Below, piece by piece: positions 49,770-60,100 of a DNA stretch of 64,000 nucleotides. The stretch is taken from NCBI GenBank assembly GCA_023213395.1, contig CM041465.1, forward strand, positions 120,473,741 through 120,537,740, given 5' to 3'. Below the pieces are notes generated by a model that was not told the DNA's origin, searched no databases, and saw only the letters and a list, made by a program, of their open reading frames with translations. The translations under genes and the position numbers were made by a program. The stretch is from Cycas panzhihuaensis (lineage: Eukaryota; Plantae; Cycadophyta). Each line of letters starts with the position of its first letter. The first letter of the stretch is position 1.

Positions 49770-52700
49770 TAGTATCAAAGCGTAACTTTGGCCAATTAGG
49801 ATCTAAAATTTTGAGGTTATAAATAATTGAGTTTTGGAAAAGTGACTATAGATTTGAGTTGACGATATCTATTCTCAACAATTTGAGTGGTTTTACTGCA
49901 TAGTTTGAATCAAAATTGTGAAAGCTATAAAGGTTTTAATTTTGCCATTTATAGGCCTAAAAACTAGCTGTTTCACTTCCTGGTGACCATTGCAAGGGCT
50001 ATAGGTACCCAAATGGTCTCTCTTTTTTTTTTTTGATTCAATGCATGTGAAGTCTACTTTCTACCAAAAGTGGTTCTGTTTAGATTGGATACTGAGATAG
50101 AAAGCTATTAGTAGTTTAGTAAGAGGTGTTGTTGCTGTCCCTGAAACTCTCAATTTTTGGTCAACTTAAATAAGTCACTAGAGAAGTTACTTATCTTCAA
50201 ATTACCTCAAATTGTGTTGATTGGAAGCATCTTTGAGTTTGCTTTCCATCAAAAGGGTTATATTTAGTTTTTATGGTTAGAATACAAGTTATTTTAATTT
50301 TATGGTGATGCTCTATTTTGCCTTAAAGTTTCCATAAATTTCTAGCAATGTTTTTTAATTTCTGATTTTTTGTTTTATTGAGTATAAATTATTTTGGATA
50401 TTTTGGGTAAACACTTATGTTTAAAAGGGCAAAACCAATTTTCTCTAAAGGTAAAGTAATAAAGACATAGATAATGTTATAGAAATGAAGGCCATATTAG
50501 TTAGAATGAGATGAGAGGAAAGGAAAAACAACATAAAGTAACATGTGTTGTCACAAGGCAGGTGGAACCAAAAGAGCATGTACAAGAACATGACATCAAA
50601 GAGGAGGTGTCTACTTGTAAGCAAATCGAAGAAGAGCTAGTTGAAAAGCATGAACCAAGCAAGGAAGAGTCCATTTGCAAGCAATTTGAAGAAGAACTAG
50701 TTGTGATGCATGAGCTCAGTTGTGGAATAAAGGATCAAATATGGAACTAATAATCATACACTTAACAATGCATCAAAAAGACAAGATGAGATACCAGGTA
50801 GAATTGGTCTACCTATAACTAAAATTTCATTCATTCAGAATGACCTTCAATATAATCTCATCAATACTCTACATCACATATGTTACACTTTAGTATACAT
50901 TTAGGTTCAATAATGGTCCATGAAAGATTTCGTAATTGCCTAACATTTGTCATCACTCCATTTAGGACTAAACTCCCATGAAACATGTTACAAATCCATT
51001 TAGGAATTTAGTAACTCCTATGACACGTCATCAACATTGATGACACATCCCTTAATTCGTCCTCATATGAACATTAATTCCAACATTCCCCCTTAATGTT
51101 CATATGCTCAACTAAATTTATCAGACTAGCCTATTGGCAAAGTATCAGGGCTCATTTTTGATTTCCGTTTTTCGTTTACCTTGGGCAATTGAGCTTGTTC
51201 AATGGTCTTCATGTGCCATTTAGGAAATTTGATAGATGGAATGACCTCAGGTTCTTATTGTGTCTCCTAAGTGTCTTCAAATTTCTCCTCCTTAATTTCT
51301 TCCTCCTTTGGCTCAGTCATTGGCTCGACAATCTGCTGATTTGAAGAACTTGATTAAGCATGTTGATCGATCTGCTTTCCTTTGTCTTTCCAAATCTTCC
51401 AGATGTCTAGATCTTGACCTTGACCTATCACTTGCTTGTCAGTCTCTTTGGAGATGACTTCTGCAACTTGTTTGTCATCCTCTTCAAAGATAACCTCCCG
51501 AATTGTATGAACCTTTCTGGTTGTCAACTTGTATATTCAGTACGCTTTCATCTCTTCATTGTACCCAACAAGAATGCCTCTCAAGCTTTTATCAATGACT
51601 TTTTGATGTTCATCTTTGGGAACTTGCATATACTCTGTATTTCCAAAGATCTTGATACGGTTAATTGTAGGCTTACGACCTAACCATGCTTCTTCAAGTG
51701 TTTTATCCCTTATAGCTTTAGTTATGCTCCTGTTTGTCATATAAGTTATTTGTATCAACTGCTTCTGCCCAAAAGATGTCTGAGAGATTCTTAGCCTTCA
51801 TCAACACTTTGGCTTTTTCAACTAACATCCAGTTTGTTCTCTCAGCTAACTTGCCCTGATGAGAATCAACACCTTGGCCTTTTCAACCAACATCCTGTTT
51901 GTTCTCTTAGCTAACCTACCCTAATGAGAATAGGCTAATGACATCTGCTTTATGCCATGGTCCTTACAAAACTGGACAAAGGTTATGAAGGTAAATTATC
52001 CCCCATTGTTTGACCTTAGTACTTTGATTTTTTGTCCGCTTTCCTTCTCCACTTACGCCTTAAACTCCTTAAATGTCTTGAACACTTGAGACCTCTCTTT
52101 CAAAGGATAAACCCGTATTTTCTTGGAATAATCATCAATGAAGGTTAAGAGATATTTTGCGTCTCCAAGCAAAGTGTTTAGCATAGGACCATAAATGTCT
52201 GAGTGTACCAAGCTCAACTTTTCAGTCACCTTGCCTTTTGGAAATCTTTCCTTATGTTTTCCTTATGCTGCTTCTCATTGATACAAGGATCGTATATGCC
52301 CTTTCCTGCTCTAAACTTTGGGAGACCGTGTATCATATCTAGCTTCTTCATTAACTGAAGGCTCGAGAAATGTAGATGTCCCAACCTCTCATGCCATAAT
52401 TGAATCTTATTTGATACACCTGCAGTCAGATATGATCTTTGATTTACAGACTTACCTAAGAGCTTATAAAGATGATTTTCTCTTACACCTGAAACTATTT
52501 TTCCTTTATGATCATTAATAATCACCTTCTTGTCCTTAAAGAGAACACTCATTCCATTGTTCTCTATCTGACTGACAGAAATTAGATTCTTTTTTAAACT
52601 AAGCATGTACAAAACATTCTCCATATAATAATCATTATGGTCTAGAGTTATAATTGGTACCTCCCCAATGTCCTTGATAGTTAATATTTTATTGTCTCCT

Positions 52701-55300
52701 AGAGATACAATATGCCCTAGTGCCTCCCACATGTGCCTGAACCAATCAAGCCTGCCTGTCATGTGTCTGGAAGCACCCGAATTTATATACTAGACATCAT
52801 TGTACCTTTTATTATGTGTTGCCATACTCTGTTGATTTGCTACATGTTGCAAACTATCTCTATGATGTTGACCAACCTGCAACAATTAACAGCATCTCCT
52901 GATATGTCGTAGGTTTTTGCAATAATGGTAGGTTCTCTGAGACATTTTAATTGAGTGGAAAAATAGACATATTCCACTTATTTTTGATGCAAAATGCAAC
53001 AAAATAACTAAAAACTCAAAAACTAGTGGGCATTAAATAGTCCTAAGACCACATACTTAAATTTTATTAATTATTATTGATTGTGGATCCTTCGGTGAGT
53101 ACGCAGAGTACTGGCAAATCACTTTAAATCATTGGACACCATGTAGGGAACCAAAATTTGCCCATATGACCACGCTAGTTATGAAGAACATGAAAAATCA
53201 CAATATAAAAGTATCTTATGTTTCGTCAAAAGATACTTTTGTGACTCAAAAAATGAGATAGCCCTTTTTAACCCATATGACCAGGGGGCTAATTCGACCT
53301 GAACTCAAAATTAAAAAACAATTTAATACAAAACATAACATTACAAAATAAAAAATAATTTTTAGCCTAAGTGTATAAGCAATGGTTGAATCCGTTTGCA
53401 TATGATGATTAGATTTTAATAAATCACACCTGTGATAATTGATGCTTCCCTTGAATCAATTCATTCTCTATGTTTTTGTTTGAATGCAACTCTTCAACTT
53501 TTCTGGTCACAGTGATCAAGTTGTAGTATTCTTTGTCTCCCATTGATCAATGTCTTATATCAAAGATGATCTATGCAATCTATGTGTTTTCGGTGTCGTG
53601 CAGTGGTGATGGCTGGTCTACATTTCTCTTCCAGCAACCCCTTAGTTATGCCCTTTAATAACATTAATAGAAAGTAAATTACAGGGATTCAATCCTCATC
53701 CAAAACCTTTAATTTGCCTTTGGATTTAACTCGGGAGCTCATTTTCTCTTCGCATAGTACCTCACACCCCCTCGCAATAATGAGCAGTTCCTGGACAACT
53801 GCTAGTATCCCTGTGAGATAAAGGATCACGCATATCCTTACGATGTTGAGAATGATTATGGCAACAATCTGGCAAAATGGCGAAGCTCCGAAGAAGAAAA
53901 TGAGGCCTAGAATGGGTAATAGAGAGATATCGGGGGTTTGAAGCTTACAGGACAAGATGCGTAAAGGCAAATTCTATCCTTCATGCAGACCTCAATGCTA
54001 CCATTGCACTAGACCCTACATTCCCGTATTATACAACATAACGAAAGTACAAATACATAGGTGGCTTCCCTATTTTTTCAAAGGTTGAGATGGGCATAAG
54101 TACATTTTGTACATACTCATATTTCAAAGTGTAGAACAACATTTGGGTCTTTCGGCTCTCACAACATTATGATTGCTCTTCAGTTAATCGACCGACCTCA
54201 CCGTCCATTGCCCGATATCCAATGCAATAGTCATAAATACATCATGCATCAGTTAAAACTAAATTTCAAAAGAACCTACAAACATTCCCACTTCAACACT
54301 TGCAGCAAAATTGATGTGGGTTTCTCCTCCATTGCAATGATAAGACTAAGAATGTCTTTGTATGACTATATGCATTACATCAGTCTTCTTCACAATCATG
54401 TGACAATGGTGTGACATACAACATCTAGTGTTGTCTTTGGCATCTTGTTTCAAGACTACACGTCATCTAAAACTTAGTGCCTTTATTGCTATCAATGTCT
54501 CTTGGAAGTAGATCTCAATAAGTTTATCACATCAGATGATTTTCTAACACAAATGCCTCTCTGGTAGCTGTCTAAGGAGACGATAAACACTTCACAATAT
54601 GACTCATAATAGAATTAAAATAAAAAAATGGCTGAATTTTAATCAAACCTACAATATTCCATACATTATTGGCTATAAAAATAATCTACAACAGATAATA
54701 GTGACTTGCTCTGATGCCAAATGTGAGATAAGGGATTGAATATGGAACTAATAATCATACACTCAACAATGCATCCGAAAGACAAGATGAGATACCAGGT
54801 AGAATTGGTCTACCTATATAATTCAAATTTTATTCATTCATAATGACCTTCAATGCAATCTCATCAATACTCTACATCACATATGTTACACCTCAATATA
54901 CATTTAAGTTCAGTAATGGTCCATGAAGGATTTTTTAATGGCCTGACATTTGTCATCACTCCATGTTGGACTCTAATAACTCCCATGACGCATGTTACAA
55001 ATCCATTTAGGACTTTAGTAACTCCTGTGACACATGTCATCAACATTGATGACACATCCCTCAGTTCGTCCTCATATGAACATTAATTCTAACAATAGCA
55101 AGGAAGAGTCCACTTGTAAGCGATTTGTAGAAGAGTCAATTGAGATACATGAATTAAGTAAGGAAGAGTCTATTTGTAAGCAATTTAAAGAAGATCCAAT
55201 TGATGTGCATGGAACAAGTTGAAAGACGAAATGGAGAAGATACAAGCACAAAAATCTATTCAGGAACTAGATAAGACATTGAAATATGAAGGACTATACA
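49770..55300 (+). mobile_element. Internal region of an LTR element related to 38194-41275, split by the copia at 50721-55094
   Basis: PBS-like tagtatcaaagc at 49770; 49780-50300 is colinear with 38560-39100; a 60-bp repeat array continues on both sides of the insertion. Confidence 0.55.
50721..55094 (-). mobile_element. Ty1/copia-derived element with both LTRs, PR and INT but no RT/RNase H
   Basis: LTRs 50721-51085 and 54722-55094 (TGTG..AACA); reverse PPT ttccccctt 51086; reverse PBS gctctgatgcca 54708-54719; zinc knuckle ~52900, protease *YINSGASRHMTG ~52790, LWHERLGHL, integrase ~51500-52250. Confidence 0.88.
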
Positions 55301-55301
55301 C

Positions 55302-56317
55302 TGTAGATTGATGAAAAGATGTAGTACAACATATAAAGATAATAGGGAGGAGTATTGAACTTCAACTCAACCTATCATGAACACAAGTATGAAGGAGAAT
55401 TCATCTCAACACTTCACCTACAAGAGACACTTACAACAACATAACTCTAACTCCAATACTCCATGCCAAAACATGAAAATATGACTCTTTATAAAGGAGT
55501 TTGGACAATCAGGATCTCACCACGTCACTGATCAACACTAAAAGACAAATCTGATTAGGACTCTTCTATCTTCAAGGATAAGGATAGAGCCCATCAAAGT
55601 TGACTTCTCACAAGCACATGTGAGAAAAGTCACTACAAGACAAAAGACAATTTTATAATAAAACAAATGAACACTTTAGGATAAAGGCCTAAAGTGACAA
55701 AAATACTAATACCTATGGTCAAGACTTAATGCTTAGGAAATGAAGGTTCTAACACCCCCCCTGAATGGATACAACATTAAGTCGAATGCTGAGGCCGCTT
55801 CTGAAATGCTTGAACTTCTCTTTCCCAAGTGGCTTGGTGAAGATGTCGGCTAGTTGTTGATCGGTCGGCAACACTCTGATTGTCACAATACAATGGTATT
55901 GGGAGTGTGTGCTCAAGTCCAAGCTCTTCAACAATCCGTTTGAGCCAAATAGCCTCACATGCTGCGTTAACAACAGCTTTGTATTCTGCTTCAGTGGAGG
56001 AAAGCGTAACATTTGGTTGCTTTTTGCAACTCCATGAAACAATAACAGACCCAAGGTTGAAATAATAACCTGAGGTGGATTTCCGGCTATTTTGGCATCC
56101 AACCCAATCTGAATCTGAAAACCCTTCCAGTGTGAAGTTCTTGTTACGTGTGTACTGAAGACCATACTGCAAAGTACCTTTGAGGTATTTGAAGATGCAT
56201 TTTGTAGCATTCCAGTGCCGCTGATTGGGGCTGATCATATATCTTGAGCATATTCCAACCGCATATGAAATGTTAGGTCTAGTGTTAGTCAAGTAGATGA
56301 GACTACCCACTAGTTGC
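55302..56317 (-). mobile_element. Ty1/copia 3' end (3' LTR ~55302-55754, PPT, RNase H, RT C-term), interrupted by gypsy insertion
   Basis: QQLVGSLIYLTNTRPNISYAVG, GFSDSDWVGC..RKSTSGY, SSTEAEY, YCDNQS, QLADIFTKPL (segment between the last two is deleted); reverse PPT ccccccctga 55755-55764. Confidence 0.9.
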
Positions 56318-57140
56318 TGTTGGAGCATATTGTGACACGTTGGGCTATGGGCAGACCAGAGAGAGGCTCGGTATCCTTGGATTGTGCAGTCTGCGACGAA
56401 GGCACGCATGCAAGAAGTAAAGAATTCAGCATTTTGGAGTGCGTATGGCGGTGCGTGCACAGTAAAATGCAACACAGATACGTACCTATAGGCAAAACGC
56501 AAGCAAACATAAGTGGTACGCATGAGAAGACTAGACAGAAGGAAGCTTGGGATGACGTCAGACGTATGTACGGACGTACAGATGAGTTAAGAACGGCGAT
56601 TAAGGGAACTAACCAATGGTTAGGAAGAGGCACGCTGATCGAAAGATACGATTATGACAGTCATAACCCTTTAGCCAAAGGACACCAAAGGAGCGTATTT
56701 AAGAGGCTTCCCAAGGACCATTCGGTTAGGGTGAGAGCCAAGTATACCAGTACGCATTGGTACGGAGACCAGTACGCATGACAACAGCCTAAGCCGTGTA
56801 TTTTGATGGGTACCTCCTGGGTACGCATATGACAGAGTGAATGTATGAGGCTGGAATGCACAGGGAATGCATTCCAACACCTTGTGTAAAAGAACTTATC
56901 GCTTAATAAAATAAGAGTTGCCTGGAAATTGTGGAATGTCTGTGGTTGCAAGGATTGAATGTGGAATATATGCTGATCTCTGTACTGCTATGTGCCGTTG
57001 TGCTATAATCATGTGGAAATATTAATAAATCTGTGTGATCTATGTGGATAATGATGTTGACTATGTCCTAAACTAGACTATAACCCGTGTAACCTTGACA
57101 AGTGTATTGATCTCACAAGGGTGGAATCTCTAAGTCAACA
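56318..57140 (+). repeat. 5' LTR of the gypsy element (823 bp)
   Basis: TGTTG...CAACA termini; begins exactly where the copia RT frame breaks; aataaa at ~56905 and ~57024; followed by TGG-initiated PBS. Confidence 0.8.
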
Positions 57141-57141
57141 T

Positions 57142-57154
57142 TGGTTCTATTGCC
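57142..57154 (+). promoter_or_regulatory. Primer binding site, non-Met (Glu/Asp-like)
   Basis: TGGTTCTATTGCC one nt after the LTR end; equals TGGTTCCGTTGCC with a CG>TA change. Confidence 0.5.
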
Positions 57155-60100
57155 TACGTCCATTGAGGAGGGACAAGTCCCACGAGTTTCAAAAAGAGGA
57201 ATGTGTAAAGGACAGAGGACCTTGGCTGTCGTCGTGATGGCAGGCTGTAACTAAGCCTCCGGTAGCCAGGGGACCTTCCAATGCCACCTAAGAGGCCTTC
57301 AAAGGCGGAAGAGCCACAAAAGGATACTTCACCTAAAGGGAAAGAAACAAGCAGACAGAGGGCGTTACGATGGTCACAAGAGTCAAAACTGAGAAGGGCA
57401 AGGAGATTAAGTTCGCAAAACAACGAGACTAAGGGACAATTCGTTGAAGAATCTGAGGCAAGTGGAGCCCAGACACCTCAAGAACAAGGAGAGGGAACCA
57501 ATGGCGATCGAATGGTACTAACACCAAATTTCAATCAAGGATGACCTGTTTAGCCCAGAATATGAAGAAAAACCAAAAGTGGATGAAGAACATAAAGAAA
57601 CTTTAACAAAAGAGGAAAGTATACTTGTGGAAGACACTCCGAAGGACCTAAGTGATAGCGAGAAGAAGGCGGAGGAAGGTCCCTCGACATATTGGGAAAA
57701 TAAGCTAACAAGGCAGTTTTTTGAGGATTCATCAGACAGGGGGTCTGATGAGTTATATATAACAGTGACATCGTTAACAACACAAGTGCCAGGTGTGTTA
57801 GAATCTATACATCTTAAAACCCCATTTAAGAATCCATTATTTGGGAAAGATAATATTACGGTAAGTCACTCCAATCACATCTCCAAAAGAGAAGAGTGAA
57901 GGGAAGGAGATAGAATCCAGTGAGGAGGAGAAAGGGGAAGAATCACCACCAGGTGGGACACCGGTACAATCTCCCAGGATGGATGATTACAGAGACTTTG
58001 GGAAGTTGATTTTCAATGACACTTCGGATGCAGCCGAACATGTATATCTCTTTCAAAATCTGATTGACATAAAGAAGATTACAGACGAAGACGAAATAAA
58101 GGCCAGATTCACCTGTACATTAAGGGGAGTACCATTGGCCTGGTACAAAGAGTTGGATAAGAAAGATTCATGGGCAAAAATAAAGAAATCCTTCGAGGAA
58201 AGATTCTAGAAATTCAGAAGCAACGAAGCGGTGGAAATTGCCCTTAGAGAAATTAAACAAAGGCCCAGAGAATCAGTATTAACTTATATTAGTAGAATGA
58301 AAATCATTGCGGCCAGTATGATCAATGAAACAATAACAGACCATAATATGAAAAATTATTTTGTCAAAGGACTGAATGAGAAACTGAGGGCTATGATGCA
58401 TGCCCATCCATTAAAGTCATTCAAGAATGCCCAAGATTTAGCACTTGACTTTCAGATGGAGATGGATGCGCAGGCTGGAGGACATGACTCCCTCCTACTG
58501 AGATTACAAGAGGAAATCAGGGAAATCAAACAACACTAGTGTAATCGACCCTTCTACCAGGTGGGAGTACCAGAAGAGGAATCATAATTAGAAGCCCTAA
58601 GAAAGGAAGTGGCAAGACTAAAAATAAGAAATAACAGAGAAGAGGAAACAACAAAGAAGAAAGATCATGAAGGCAGAGTGGCAAAATGGTGCCACATCTG
58701 TGAGGAAAGTTCATACACGACTAAAGAATGTGAACTCAACCCGAAGAATAACGCATTGCACCAAAGGGACAAATGGTGCCACATATGCGATGTGGATACG
58801 CATATGACCAAAGATTGTTTCTATAATCCAAGAGGAAAATCATACAGAGGACGAGGTAGGGGAAGGGGAGGCAACTCACCTCAGAACGTTTATACAACGA
58901 GGAGTACACAGGAGCCCCCAAGGAAAAAACAACCAATGGGAAGATGCCTCATTTGCTTACAATTTGGGCATTGGAAATCCGAATGCCCAACCAAACGAGA
59001 ATACGAACAAAAACCATTCGTATGTAACAATTGTGGACCAAGTGAACATAAAACAGAAGATTGTAAAGGAAAAGCTAAAGCTACCAATCTAATGACAATT
59101 ATACCGGAAAGCAAAAATGTAAAACTCTGAAAGAAACAAAAGGAGAAAGAAGACGAAGGATATCTGAATCCACAGACAGAAATGAATTGATTTAAACAAG
59201 CGAAACAAGTGTTAGAAGACTTAGCTCAAGAAGAGAGTGAAGCGAGAAACTAAATATGTATATGTAAGAAAGAATAAGCAAAAAGAGAAAGTTAAGGTAC
59301 CAGAAGAGCCAAAAATACAGCCTCAAATGGTACAAATAGAGGATCTATTCAAAGGATTACTGGCCGAGGATATTCCAAGAATATTGTTGCTGATGGAAAA
59401 TCTGGTAAAACAGTTGCAATTAACTATTCCCTTATGCCAAGTAATTGATTGGATTAAAGGAGGGATATTACAACGTGGAATTACCAAAAGTTTAAAGAAA
59501 GTGATGTCATCATTCGACATGGATCCCATGGTGACAATGATGGTATTGGGAGAAACATTCCCGAAAGTGATTGTCGATGGGGGCGCAACTGTCAATGTAC
59601 TACCTACTTCGACATGGCGGAAATTAGGAAGCTCGAAACTGGAGGCAGCAACATATTCGTTGAAGTTGGCTAACGAATTATTCGTACCACCTGTGGGGAG
59701 GCTGGCCAACATCAAAGTGGATGTGGCAGGAATCGTAGTAAAAATCGACTTTACGATCGTAGAAATGTAAAAGGAGCAACACCCTATCCAGCATTATTGG
59801 GGAGGCCTTGGCTATACAAGACCCAGTGCCTCCAAACTGGAAGAATGTGACCTTCACTTTATCGGATGATGGCAATAAAGTGGTATTACCAATGTTGGGA
59901 AGAAACTCCATTGAGATGATACCGGATGAAGGATCCAACACAACCGTCGTAAGTGAAACAACAGCCTCTTCCCTCGATGAAGAGAATCTTTACCATATGA
60001 CTGAGGAGCCTACCAAGCTAATCGATTGTCAAGAAGCTGAACCAACTTATTTTAGGGAAATATATAACTCTTCAGATGATGAAAATGGAATGAGATTTGT

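Noticed and set aside
50716-50720. Exact 5-bp TSD of the RT-less copia
   Set aside because: tcagt versus atagc (55095-55099) match only partially; not claimed
55777-56523. 248-aa ORF with novel N-terminus fused to copia RT/RNase H
   Set aside because: The N-terminal part is antisense read-through of the gypsy LTR inserted at 56318; a chance fusion
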